Assembly: GCF_006345805.1 (NCBI RefSeq)
Contig: NC_042997.1
Location: 152,272,001 to 152,336,000 of the forward strand
Direction of reading: 5' to 3'
DNA from: Octopus sinensis
Taxonomy: Eukaryota
Length of the DNA: 64,000 nucleotides
Positions within the stretch are counted from its first letter, which is position 1. Each line of letters starts with the position of its first letter. Position numbers and translations under genes: made by a program. Positions 51,735-64,000 of this stretch are shown here, piece after piece. The notes under the pieces were generated by a model. That model was not told the DNA's origin. It did not search any database and was given only the letters and a program-made list of their open reading frames with translations.

Positions 51735-52780
51735 TCTGAAGCTCTAGGTGTGATTGCTGAACCTGGCTTTGAAATTCCCCTCTGTGAGACCCACATATTT
51801 CTTTGACGAAACTATGTCCTTAGTGGTTGTAGAGTCTACGGTGGCTTCATAAATGATGGTCTCGGACATGCAAGTTCCATTTAGCGGGTTCAAATTTTTA
51901 TCCCTGCATGAACAGCTGGTTTCATTTTGTTGTTTTTGTGTGTTGTGTGCAATTATATTTTTAAAATTAGTAGTTGAGCTAATAACTAATTTTTAGGTTA
52001 TGTCTATTGAAGAGTTTTCGGTAACTATCTATAAGTGATAAGAAATATCTACCTATATTAAAGGTCACTTCGGGGGAGTAAGGGGATGTAAACCAGATAG
52101 TTTTCCTATTCCTATGTTTCCTTTTCTTTATTATTGGACTGGTAACAGGTGTATAGGTTATTTCCTCGCTAAATCCACTATCTTTTAGAGCTTTATTATA
52201 TATTGGGGCAACACTATTAAAAATGTTCCTATCGGAGGAGAGGCTAGAAATTCTCTTGCTAATGTTTTTGACTAAATATTTAAACACTATGAGGGTATGG
52301 CAGGAACCTACATTAATATAACTAAGTCTATCGTTGGGCTTCCTATAAGGTTTGTAAGTATTCTTATTTAAATCTAAGGATACATCTAGGAAATTGACAA
52401 CCATCAGGTTGGTATTTGTAGTTATGCTAAGACCGAAAGTTTTCATTATTTGGATAATGTCTTTCCTAAACCGATCTTGTGCTGGTCCATTGGTATTTGT
52501 GGTTAAAGCTAGGGCGTCATCTTTGTAAATGGTGAAATATACACCAGGAAAAGTCTTGCCCAACGTATCGAGTATGAATAGTCCAATGAGATCGCATATG
52601 CCTGCTCCATCATATGACCCCATGCTCACATCGAAAGCACCCTCTGTATCGATAGTCTTGACCCACTCTGCATTCTCACTGAAGAGTAAAGTCCTTCTAG
52701 CATGGAAGATTATGTCCTTATCTTGTGTACTAATTTCTATAAATTCGCTTGCGAAGGTTAGAGCTTTATCTAGCAGCCCC
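51735..52780 (-). mobile_element. Penelope-like element: RT C-terminal half plus decayed GIY-YIG
   Basis: FDVSMGSYDG...IYKDDAL...VNFLDVSLDL...KPYRKPND...KISY, then CSCRDK...IIYEATV...KYVGLTEGNFKARFSNH. Confidence 0.9.
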
Positions 52781-53165
52781 TTATAGATAGAGGCATAGAA
52801 ATATAAGGCCTGGAAAACTTCGAAGCGGACCTACTGAAGCTCATAAACAAAATAAAATTTCGTTAGTCTTTTAACACTTTCCAACAGAAACTGAAAAAAA
52901 GATATCAAATACATAAAGATTTAAAAAAACAAACAAAAAAAAAACAGCACTTTTCTTCTGATAAAACCAAGAACTTATACCTTGTAGACAACAGCACATT
53001 CTTACAACTCCTACATAACAACATTATTAATAATTACGCTAGGTCACAAATTTATAACAAAATTAATAAAGAAGCTAGCATCATCACCGCTAGGCTTAAA
53101 TTAGATTTAAAAAATAGAGGACCTTCCAAAAAAAAAAAAAAAGAGGCCTTTATAACTATTAGACA
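52781..53165 (+). mobile_element. Inverted upstream segment of the same Penelope-like ORF
   Basis: LENFEADLLKLINKIKFR...SDKTKNLY...KINKEASII...EAFIT read on plus across stops and frameshifts. Confidence 0.7.
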
Positions 53166-53417
53166 CCAATTAGTAAAAGGTGATAGTTACATAGCAAAGC
53201 TAAATGTGTAACACTAATTCATCATCGTGGAGTGTCATTTTGATTTCCATTTAGAACTAGGTTGTTGCTAGAATAGACTTGATACAATGCCAAATTCAGA
53301 TACGGGCTAACAGAAAGCACTTTGAAACACAGAACTAAATACTGTACTGCTACATAACAGCCCATTTTGAAACATATGTGCGTAACTTATACCGTTATTT
53401 GTGGGCGTGTATCTGCG

Positions 53418-53451
53418 TAATAATAATAATAACAACAACAACAACAACAAC

Positions 53452-53503
<52 letters not shown>
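53418..53503. repeat. (AAT/AAC)n microsatellite directly upstream of the hammerhead-bearing repeat
   Basis: Direct reading; explains the poly-N and poly-L ORFs. Confidence 0.95.
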
Positions 53504-53506
<3 letters not shown>

Positions 53507-53554
53507 TCGAAAAATACCTTAGGAATGAGAACCCAGGTTCGAAATTTCCCCCAA

Positions 53555-53600
53555 GACACCTGATGAAGGCTGGAGGGTATATCAACCGAAACGTTGTGTT
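53555..53600 (+). ncRNA. Minimal type I hammerhead ribozyme motif (copy C, best preserved)
   Basis: Stem I GACAC/GTGTT; CUGAUGA at 53560-53566; stem II GGCUG/CAACC (one mismatch); GAAACGUU at 53588-53595. Confidence 0.72.
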
Positions 53601-56600
53601 AACAACAAACAAGATGAGGACAAATATCCGTCAATTGTAAATCATGTAAATAATGTAATTATTTTCATTTTCATATATATATATATATATTTCTTTACTG
53701 CCCTCGAGGGGCTAAATGCAGAGGGGACAAGCAAGGACAGACAAAGGGATTAAGTCGATTACATCGACCCCAGTGCGAAACTGGTACTTTATTTATCGAT
53801 CCCGAAAGGATGAAAGGTAAAGTCGACCTCGGTGGAATTTGAACTCAGGATGTAACGACAAATGAAATACCTATTTCTTTATTACCCACAAGGGGACAAA
53901 CTCAGGACGTAACGACAAATGAAATACTGATAAGCATTTCGCCCGGCGTGCTAACTTTTCTGCCAGCTCACCGCCTTCAATTTTCATATCTATAATCATT
54001 AAGCAGGTACCCATACTTCCTGCGTGATTTCATTAATGCAACCCACACTTAACGTTACTATGCTGATATGACAGAAGGAAAACAGGAGTGTCATCTATCT
54101 CAGTGGCTTTTCGGTGGGCAATCGGGTGTATCAAAATCCCTTCTCTTTACAGGATTTCTTCTCTGGGATCTCTAACGTCATGTGGGTAGCTCTCTCTCTC
54201 TCTCTTTCATCTCTCTATTCCAACTGGGGTACCCATGTATCCCCTCAGTTCCCGTAGCATTCAAACCGGCCATATCCGGCCAAACTATTCTAGTTGTTTT
54301 ATGTTGAAACTAGCCAGATCTGGCCTCTCACACCTACTCTACCAGAATTACTGGTTTACAACCTTTACAATGGCAAGAATGACAGGGGATTGATGGGGTA
54401 GCATGGACAGAACATTTATTAGAATTGATTCCGTTTGAAGGCACCGATTTTTCTAATCCCCACAACGCATCATCCTAACAATCCCTCCCTCCATCCATGC
54501 TCACCACATCCACCCCACCATCTTCCACTCTCCTTTCAGACTCTTGCAAAATTACCTGCCCATTCACCCTATCCAACCCCCAGTACCACTTTGCTTATAA
54601 TTCATCACCTTGTAACTTCAGGGTCTATCCTGACACCTCTTCACAACAATCTTCTCTCTTCCTCTCCAACTATCTCCCCATCTCTCTCTCTCTCATTATC
54701 TTGTACCTGTCGATTGGCAACTTTACCAATTTGAAGTTCTCAGAGATTTCCATTGTACGTTTATTGAAGATTTTCATTGTACTTCTATTATTACACTCTG
54801 ATTCTTTGTCTCCATTTAGTGCTATGTAAGATGGAGATTTTATTTTTATTTTTACTTCTTTCTAGCTCAGAATTAGATGTGTGTGCAATTTGCTGTTGTG
54901 GCTGGAGTTGTATATTTTGTGTTTGTCTACTGGGGTTTTTTCTCTTGTCTGTTCATTGTTTTTACGTGTAAATTTTCTTTTTGTCATTGTTAATGAAAGT
55001 GGTAGCGATAGTGTATTTATTGTTGTGCATTTAGTAGTACTTGGGATTAATATGGAAATTTGATTTTGTGTTTTCATTTTTGTTTCTTGTTCTGTTTTTT
55101 CTTTTCTTGTCCCCCTTCGATATAAGAGGTTGTATGGTCGGAAATTTCCGCCTCGGAGTGGGGGAGAGGTAGAAGCAGGGGCATATTTTCTTATTTGTTC
55201 TATATCTGTGTCTGTGCATGAGCAGGAGGAAGAACAGATGGTTTAGAAAGACTGCTGAATTGAAATTTCCCCAGGGTGGCGATTATTTTGTGATTATCAT
55301 TATTTTCCACCACCTCAGATTATCATTATTTTCCACCTCGTCAGTTCTACTGCTGACGAATTAGATGTTAATGTTGATGTTTCTACAGTTGCTGCTGTAG
55401 TTATAGATGTTGCCGCTGTTGCTATTGTTGATAGTACAGATGTCGTTTATATCGTAGCTCACTTTCTTTACTCTTGCTAGTGTTACTACTGCTTCTATAG
55501 GTGCATGTTGATGTTTTTGCAGTGATCCTGTCAGCAGCTATTGATCACTCTTTTTTCCTTTCCTGTTTTGGTTGGATTGACAGAAAGTTCTATCCTTCCA
55601 CAGATGTGATACCTCGGTCTTCTTTCCACGATTAATATAGTCAAGAACTCTGGGATACTTTCTCGATGTTGAGGTTTTACAAGGAAAAATACCTCCAGTT
55701 TCTTCCCAACCAGTTCTGTTGCCTCGTTCTCTTTACATGCTGCAGAGTATCTCTCTCCTCAAACACTACGCATGCCAGGATCCACCAGCGATCTAGCTCT
55801 AGCAGAAAAAGTGAGTTAAGTCGTCACTGCAACGAGAAACTACGAAGCGTTGTACTGCGAGAGCTCCATTGTCAAATAAAACCTCCTCTCGCCAACTCTC
55901 TTGCCGTAGATGTATATGATGTATGTCCTACGTCTTGTCATACATTATGGAGGATTTGTTCTACTTGTGCGTTCGTGGCCGCCTCTTTCAGACAAGGTTT
56001 GAACGAATAACAGTAATGTATTATTAATGTTGTAGAAGTTGCAGTTAGAGTTTCAGGTGGGGTGCAAAAACTGCTTTTTTGCTCCGAGTTCCCCAATTTT
56101 CCTAAATTGACCGGTGTCTTAGTTTGGAACACCTGTCTTCTAAGAAGAGCTTGTATAAACCATTTGTTGATGCTACTCCAGGAAAGGAAACTTTGTGATC
56201 GCCGTTGTTGTTGTTGTTGTTGTTGTTAGTGGTGGTGGTGGTATTGTTTTGTGTTCCGCCAGTATTATTGCTTTCGTGCCTACTATCATTGTCGTTATTC
56301 TTGTTCCTGTTGCTGCAGCTGCTGTTGTTGTTATTGTCATTGATGTTGCTGTTACTTTTGTTACTGTTGCTGCAGTTGTTGACTGTTAATGCTGTTGATG
56401 TTGTAGCTGTTGTTGTTTTTGTTTTACTGCTACTATCGTTTGCTGGTGTGGCAGTAATGCAATTGTTTGAACTTTGAACGCTAAAATTACCTCTTCCACT
56501 TCCATGAGTAGAGTGTTACCTTTGCTGTCACTGCTGCGGCTGCTGCTATTGCTGTTGCTTCTGTTAATGCAATTGTAGCATTTTGTTGTTACTGCTACTA

Positions 56601-57936
56601 CCTGTTTACCACTATACAATTATTTGAACTTTCAACTTTCAACTTTTGAAAATCATCCTTCTCCACTTAAATGAGTAGATTAAGCAGGAGGAATCTTGGC
56701 TCATGCTGCTTCTATCTTTGAAAGTCACTTCCTACCTTTCCCTTCAGTTTTCTGGCTGTGAAAACTGACACTATGCTTGTAAAGAAAATGTTTACCAAAA
56801 TCTAATTTAAAAACTTTTGCAACAAATTTGAGCCCTTCAAGGGTTGAAAAACAGAAAAAAAAAATGTCTTTAGGGTTTGGGTTAGCTTAACAAGAGAAAA
56901 TTTAAGCACTTTGCAAATCTATTAAAAAATTAACAAAATGAGATAAAAATCCATGACTGTGAAAGATTTTGGAACATCTATAAAGAGAAGGTCTTACAGT
57001 TGTTTCCAGGATATTTTATATATCCCTTCATCAGAGACGGTGTGAGAAAATGGTTAAGCAATAGTTATTCTAGAGAAGATATGAAATAGAGAGTTAAGGG
57101 GAGGAATGAAAACAGACGTGAGCTATGCAGGGATATTGTATCTGCAGATCTATTATTTAAGCTGAATGGTATACATACAAGTTTCCTGTACCTTGTTTGT
57201 AAGTTCCAATAGTATTTAAAATTGGTCATTCCAAGCATAGAGTTTGTAAACGGTATTATTGAATGAAAGGTTTTTTTTGAAGTGACTTAAAAGTAGGGAA
57301 TGTGTTTGTAAGGTCAAATCAAAAACAGGAAGAGAGGGAAAAAAAGAAAGAAAGAAAAGAAAAGCAGGGAGAGAGATAATAAAGAAATGAAGAAAAGGGA
57401 AAGTGTACTGGTTAGTGACCAGTCAGGATAAATTGATAGAAGGAATGGGGAGGTGAAGGTGATAGAGAGATTAAGATATGAGAGTGTAAAGAGATGAGAG
57501 AGTAATGAGTAAAGGAGTGTCAGGTATGTAGTGATATAGCCTAAGTGAAAGGGGTAGGGGTAGTGAAATGGTGGAATGAAGAATTTGGAATTACAGGTTA
57601 GGTTGCTTAGAGGACAGGTCAGTGCTTAGTAGTAGAAGAATAAGCAAATAGACAAACTCATGAGAAATCCAATGTGCATCTTGCCAATGCAACCATAATA
57701 ATAATAATAATAATAATAATAATCCCTTCTACAAAAGGTACAAGGCCTGAAATTTGCTGGGAAGAGACTAATCCATTACATTGACCCCCTGTGCTTCACT
57801 GGTACTTAATTTATCAACCCCAAAAGGATGAAAAACAAAGTCAACTTCGGTGGAATTTGAACTTAGAATGTAGTGACAGGCAAACTACTGCTAACCATTT
57901 CGTCCACCATCCTAATCATTCTGCCAGCTTGCCACC

Positions 57937-57937
<1 letters not shown>

Positions 57938-57976
<39 letters not shown>

Positions 57977-58030
57977 TGAGGATGATGATGATGGTGGTGG
58001 TGGTGGTGGTGGTGGTGGTGGTGGTGGTGG

Positions 58031-58079
<49 letters not shown>

Positions 58080-58091
58080 ATGATGATGATG

Positions 58092-58133
<42 letters not shown>
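57938..58133. repeat. Compound trinucleotide array (TAA)n(TGA)n(TGG)n(TGA)n(TTA)n
   Basis: Direct reading. Confidence 0.95.
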
Positions 58134-58135
<2 letters not shown>

Positions 58136-59308
58136 ATAAATAAATGCCCTGATGCAGTACCAGACAATGGCTCTCATGGCTTCTGATCTTAACTGATTGG
58201 AAGTGTTATCATGTACATTGTTTTGTCTTGGTATAAAAGATGGGCTACAGCAAATATTCTGCTCAATACCACAGATTTGCTTGTCAGTTGTTTGACCTTA
58301 ACCAGTTGAGCATGTCCCTTAGTGGCTGACGATATGTGCATTGTAGTGGGGGAGCATCTTGGCCATGTGTTGAAAGGAATTCTTGGAGGTTTGGATAATT
58401 CACCTTTGGAAACATGGGTGGTTAATTCAACATCCTTAAACAATCCTTATTCAGGGACCTTTTGAGCTGGATGGGCTATTTGACCAGAAGAAAATTCTAA
58501 CTGGGTCCACCTGCAAGGTCATGCGCTGTTTATCTTGATATGAGATCATCATGTTGTGCACATATGGTTGTGATGCATGTGCCTGGTGTACCCTTATCAG
58601 ATGGGTAGTCATGATGGATATACTGGGCTTCGTATATTTTACCCCAGTGTCATTTAGATGACATTCACTGCTCTCTCACCCAATAATAATAATAATAATA
58701 ATAATAATAAGATAGCATTTGGGAACATATATCTAATTTCAAAAGAGACATGTCTGGGCAGAACTGACTAATCATATTTCAAAAGATATCTATACATACA
58801 CTGCATAAATAATTGATTGAAAAAGCATTTTAATTTGTCTTTTTATCATAAATACTTCATCGCTTTTGTCAAAAGGATGAAAGTTGATCTTAGCTGACTT
58901 TGAATTAAAAGAGTATTGAGGCAGAATAATTACTGCAAAATAATCTGTCAGATGCTCAAACAACTCTGCCTACTGGTTGCTTCATATCTATCTATTTGTC
59001 TGTTTGTCTGTCCATCTAGCTATCAGTCTGTGTTTGTCTAACTAGTTAGCTAACTAACTAGCAAGCTATCTACCTATGAATTGACATGTGAATATATGCA
59101 TGCATGTACATGTACAAAATGAAAATGAGGGAATGTGGAAATGCAAAAACAAAACAGGAATAAGCCAGAATACATGCTGGTGGCATGTATTTGAAAAACA
59201 AAAGCAGAGAAGGGTGTATTAGATAAGATACAAGACAAATTTTTGTTTTGTTGAAGTTATCTCTGCTTTTAAATAGCATAAACCAATCAAGTGGTAGCTT
59301 CATCATCC

Positions 59309-59348
<40 letters not shown>

Positions 59349-59609
59349 TATCGTCATCATTATCATAAATAATGTCTGTTTTCCATGCAGGCATGTATTG
59401 GATGGTTTGACAGGAGCCAGCAAAGACAGGGGATGCTTGAGATTCCATAGTTTGTTGCTTTTGTTACTGCTGCAGCTGTTGTTGTAATTGAGGAGAGATG
59501 GTTTCAAGAACCAAGAATTCTGCAAACTTAACATGCTACTAAAGAAGAGATAGAAATAATACATTTCTAAATCTCTCAAAGAGATTTATGCAGTAGCAGC
59601 ACAATAAAG

Positions 59610-59820
59610 TGATAGTATGTTGTCAACTTAATGTGACAGTCCCATGAAAGGGAAGAATGCTACTGTTATTTAGCCCTAGAAAACACCATTTACTGTTGGG
59701 CTTGACACATTTCCTGTGTCCTTGCTGTGTCAAACAGGAAACAATGTTTCCTAGGGCTAAATAACAGTAGCATTCTTCCCTTTCATGGGACTGTCACATT
59801 AAGTTGAGAACATACTATCA
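59610..59820. repeat. Near-perfect inverted repeat, 76-bp arms and 59-nt spacer
   Basis: 59610-59685 vs 59745-59820; 2 mismatches by eye. Confidence 0.93.
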
Positions 59821-59921
59821 TTTTAAAGAAAAGATAGTCTGATTGTTTGAAGACATGATGACAGCTGTGGACATGAGTTTCTGTCTCAATAGGTATCATC
59901 AGTATAGCAATTGCTCTACAT

Positions 59922-60268
59922 CAGTGTTTCTCAACCTTTTACCCTTGTGTAACCCTTAAAATAAATTACATGTCTCAAGGAATCCCTGCACAAAAAAATT
60001 ATATACCATATCTTTCTCATATCTTTTTCATTATAGTTCACATGGTAAATGTCATATATATATATATATATATATATGGTTGTTATATTTTTTGATAACA
60101 TAATAGGTTAGATAGGATGATGTCTATATTATGATATTACAATAACCAATATGTTGCACATGTATAGTAATATTACGATCATGAAATTAGCATTAGCTTT
60201 CTTGGGGAACCTTTTGGAAACTTTTGTGAAATCCTAGGGTTCCAGGGAACCCCGGTTGAGAAACACTG
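59922..60268. mobile_element. Intact hAT-type MITE
   Basis: Perfect 15-bp TIR CAGTGTTTCTCAACC and perfect 8-bp TSD CTCTACAT. Confidence 0.93.
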
Positions 60269-63200
60269 CTCTACATAATCTTCAGCAGATGAAGCTCTTC
60301 AACATATACAAAAAAGATTAGATGACATTTATGGCCAAAGTAATTTCCATAAGAGCTAAGACATGAGAAATGAGCTAAGACAAGTAACTCGAAATAACAA
60401 TTGGCATATAGTTGAACTACAAAACAAATATAGGTATATTAAATAATATTCAAGATAAATTCTTGTTTCATTGAAATTATCTCTGATTCACTTGGTAGCA
60501 ATTGTTACCAATTCCAAATATGAAGGGGAGGTAATCTCAAGAATCAAAGTTTCTCCAAAATTGACATGTCATTTAGGAAAAGACACTTTGTCTGAAAACA
60601 AAAGCATAGTTGTAGGCATGTATTTCTACCTCAAGAGCATCATTAGCATGGTAATGGTTTGAATACATACCTATTTCTTTACTACCCACAAGGGGCTATA
60701 CACAGAGAGGAAAAACAAAGACAGACAAACGGATTAAGTCGATTACATCGACCCCAGTGCATAACTGATACTTAATTTATCAACCCCGAAAGGATGAAAG
60801 GCAAAGTTGACGGAATTTGAACTCAGAACATAGCGGCAGACGAAATACCATGAAGCATTTCGCCCAGTGTGCTAACGATTCTGCCAGCTTGCTGCCTTTG
60901 AATACATACCACTGGCAACTCTTTTAGTTCATTTTCTTTTCATTTATGCAAATTATTTATTCTATATGTTCTGTTTTTCTTTTGTTTATGTTGAAGTATG
61001 TTATCTGCTTTGAAGGCACATGGTCTGGTGGCTAGAGTGTTGCACTTAGGATCACACGATCATTCTGAGACCAGTTTTGATTCTCAGACCAAGTGGGGCA
61101 GTGTGTTCTTGAACAAAACACTTCATTTCATGTTACTCCAGGCTACTCAGCTGTAAATGAGTAACCCTAAAAAGGATGCCATGAAAACCAAGTAACCAGC
61201 CATGTGAATCCACGTGAAGCCATATGACAATTTTTACTTTTTTTCTTCACTCATCTGCTGAAGATAAAGTAGGACAATTGTATGTTTTCTTCTTGATATG
61301 TGTAATGCCCATATTATTATGCTGTTTAAGTGAACTACATTCCAAAAGGACATCTCTGATTCTATAAACTACAGATCTATCACTCTCACTATATCTCAAG
61401 GCCAACAAGGGAGTATCTCTATAGTAACTGAACATGTTAAAATAGCAGTCAAATCTCCTGTTTCCACATTTTACCAAGTATTATGCCAGCACTCTCAAAA
61501 TATCTCAAAGCCAATAAAGGAAAATTTACATTGCCACTTCAAATAGATATTTTTTAATTGGCCATGAGACATGTTGGCCAAAATCTTCTTTAAATCAGAT
61601 GTAGTTATTTAAAAAAACAAAGAGTTCTGCATTTGAAAATTAGATAGAAACTGCTTGATCAGACATATGATTAAAAGTATTCCAGCCATGGCCATCTTGC
61701 TTTTTTTTCAGGCCTAGTGTATTGCCAACAAAGTGTCTTTTTCTTTTTAAAAATGGTATGGTTTAGTATGGTGAAAATTTAGCTGCTATTCTTAGCACAA
61801 GAAGCTACTATGCAGAGGCTCACTCATTACCTTGGCTTGAGCAGATAGAGTCAAGTAGACTCTGTACTTGAACAGTCTTTCCAGAAACTTCTATTTTAAG
61901 AGTTTAGAGCCCAGTGATACAGACAGAATTTGTGCAGCTCAAGAAAGACCTTGAGTACCTCATCACCATGCAAAATACAATAGTATATTTATAGAGTTCA
62001 GCACCCCACTAACGACAAACAATCCACTGCAGGTAGATTGTCCTCCACCTTTTTCATTTCATTTTAGCTACACAATTCTTAGAGCCTATTGTGATAAAAT
62101 TTTATAAATAGATTCTCATGTCAGACATGGTTGGACACCTTATTGATGTCAAAAGTAATTACATTGTTTTTACTGTATCTGTAATGTATTAGATCAGATC
62201 ACTGGTAAATCTGCCTCTATAGCAACCATAACGGTAATCAATGAAGAGATAACAAAAAATGCAAGTTCATAAAGTAATCAATTACAACTCTCCATCAGTC
62301 ACATAGCTAGATCTGCGTAGTCCTTGAGTTGGCTGTCTCTGCCCATGAAAAGCAACACTATACATATGAGCTGGCAGAAACATTAGCATGCCGGGCGAAA
62401 TGCTTAGCGGTATTTCGTCTGCCATTACGTTCTGAGTTCAAATTCCGCTGAGGTTGACTATGCCTTTCATCCTTTCGGGGTTGATAAATAAAGTACCAGT
62501 TACACACTGGGGTCAATATAATCGACTTAATCCGTTTGTCCCCTCTGTGTTTAGCCCCTTGTGGGCAGTAAAGAAATACATATATAATGTGCTGTCTTCC
62601 AAAAATGCCACTTGGGATGAATTGTTCCCTACTTTCCTCAATTTATCTATGCTAGTGGTTTCAATAGCCTCTGAGCTATTTGTTGTTGAGCATATGGCCA
62701 ACCTTCATTGAGCTGGACTGTCATCAAACATATTCCTGTCAAGATAACCTCATTTGTTTTCCAGGTATAATGGCATATTTCATTATGAAAAGTGTTCTTC
62801 CATTTTTAAGGCAGTAGATTATAATTTGAGGGAGATTTCCCTACTATTTCCAGCAAGTCGAACAACATATTGTGACACCTTTGTTGATTCAACCTTTCAG
62901 ATATTGAACATGAAGAAATGATATATCAGTAGTTAAGTGACTCACAATCATTATTATAAAATAAACCCTTATCATAATACAAGAAACTATTGTTATTATT
63001 AGACTCTGGCATGCAGATATATTCCTTGCTTATTTTTATCACAGGTGGATAATAACCCCTTGAAGGTGATGAGGTGCATTATTGTGTATATCCATTGCTT
63101 ATGATGGCAATAGAGCAAATAGCAGCCACATTTCCCTCAAACTGTACCCATGAAAGTATGGAAAAAATTACTTTTTTTCTTAGACTGATCTGGAGAAAAT

Positions 63201-63772
63201 GCTTTGTGTGTATCATTCATAAACACTAATATGTTGAAAGTAAAATAGCAATATAGAGTAACTGAAAGCAATTAGCCACTCCAATGAAGGAACTTCAACC
63301 TTGTTGCTCAACCTGCAAGAAATAATAGCTAAATTTTCCTCAAATCATAACCAACCGCCATAAGAAAAGGACACATTGGACATTAGAGGCTAAGTATATT
63401 ATGTCCGCAAAACATGTATGAGAGTTAAAAAATAGAATGCCCTTGATCACAGGTCTGCTTGATCAGGGTTACCTGGGGTTAAATAACAGCGACAACAACA
63501 ATAACTAACCTCTAACCGATATAATGTGGGAGTCTTTATGTGGTTGCTTGATCAGATAGAAATAACAGGCAGATCTCCTTCAAATTGCACCTGACCATCT
63601 TTAAAAATAGTTTAGAGCACATTGGATGATAAAGCTTAAGATGCCTTTCAAAAGACTGGATGGCCATGGTTGGAATGTATTTACTCATAGATTAAAGGTT
63701 AAGCAACAACAACCAAAACAACAACAATGACAGCAACTAACCTACTTAATAAGCCCTTTTGTATGTTTCCAG

Positions 63773-63892
63773 GGTCTGAAAGCAACCCTTCAATCAATGG
63801 ATATCGAAATGCCAAGAACTGAGAGCAGTATCAACAACCGTGTGGCTCTCATGAAACAACTGCATATTGAGAAACTGATGAAGAAGAATAAG
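63773..63892 (+). CDS. Isolated internal coding exon of an unidentified gene (GLKATLQSMDIEMPRTESSINNRVALMKQLHIEKLMKKNK)
   Basis: ttttgtatgtttccag| acceptor and AAG|GTATGT donor; 120 nt; only one frame open, phase 0/0. Protein not recognised. Confidence 0.7.
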
Positions 63893-64000
63893 GTATGTAT
63901 GCCACCTCTGCAGCTGTATCATTTCAGTTCAACTTTTTAACTTTTATTTAAGGTCTTTCCTCCTTATTGAGCATAGGGCATTGATGGCTTTTTATGACTG

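Noticed and set aside
55600-56160. CpG-containing 114-aa plus ORF and broken minus-strand frames
   Set aside because: No splice signals or known motif; possibly a decayed LINE ORF1, but too weak to call.

Overview
AT-rich, repeat-dense eukaryotic DNA. The SINE, MITE and microsatellite content suggests an octopus genome; this is inferred from repeat style and was not database-checked. The left third holds a head-to-head mitochondrial chaperonin pair. HSP60/HSPD1 is on the minus strand, with a non-coding exon 1 near 12.4 kb and three coding exons at 2567-2734, 1316-1651 and 595-690; the gene runs off the window. HSP10/HSPE1 is complete on the plus strand (4 exons, 101 aa). The two genes share a short promoter with two perfect three-unit heat-shock elements. 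The most interesting unannotated signal is three candidate box H/ACA snoRNAs in HSP60 introns: a paralogous pair in intron 1, whose 3' pocket fits a conserved 28S rRNA uridine, and a third in intron 3. Intron 1 also carries a 2.3-copy, ~2 kb tandem duplication. The rest of the window is mostly transposon debris: mariner, pogo/Tigger, piggyBac-like and hAT MITEs, a Helitron, RTE, CR1, Tx1 and R4-like LINE remnants, and two Penelope-like elements. The Penelope-like elements come with minimal hammerhead ribozyme motifs, and one has a 5' inversion. There are several long inverted repeats, and one unidentified 120-nt coding exon lies at the right edge. All alignments and folds were done by eye.
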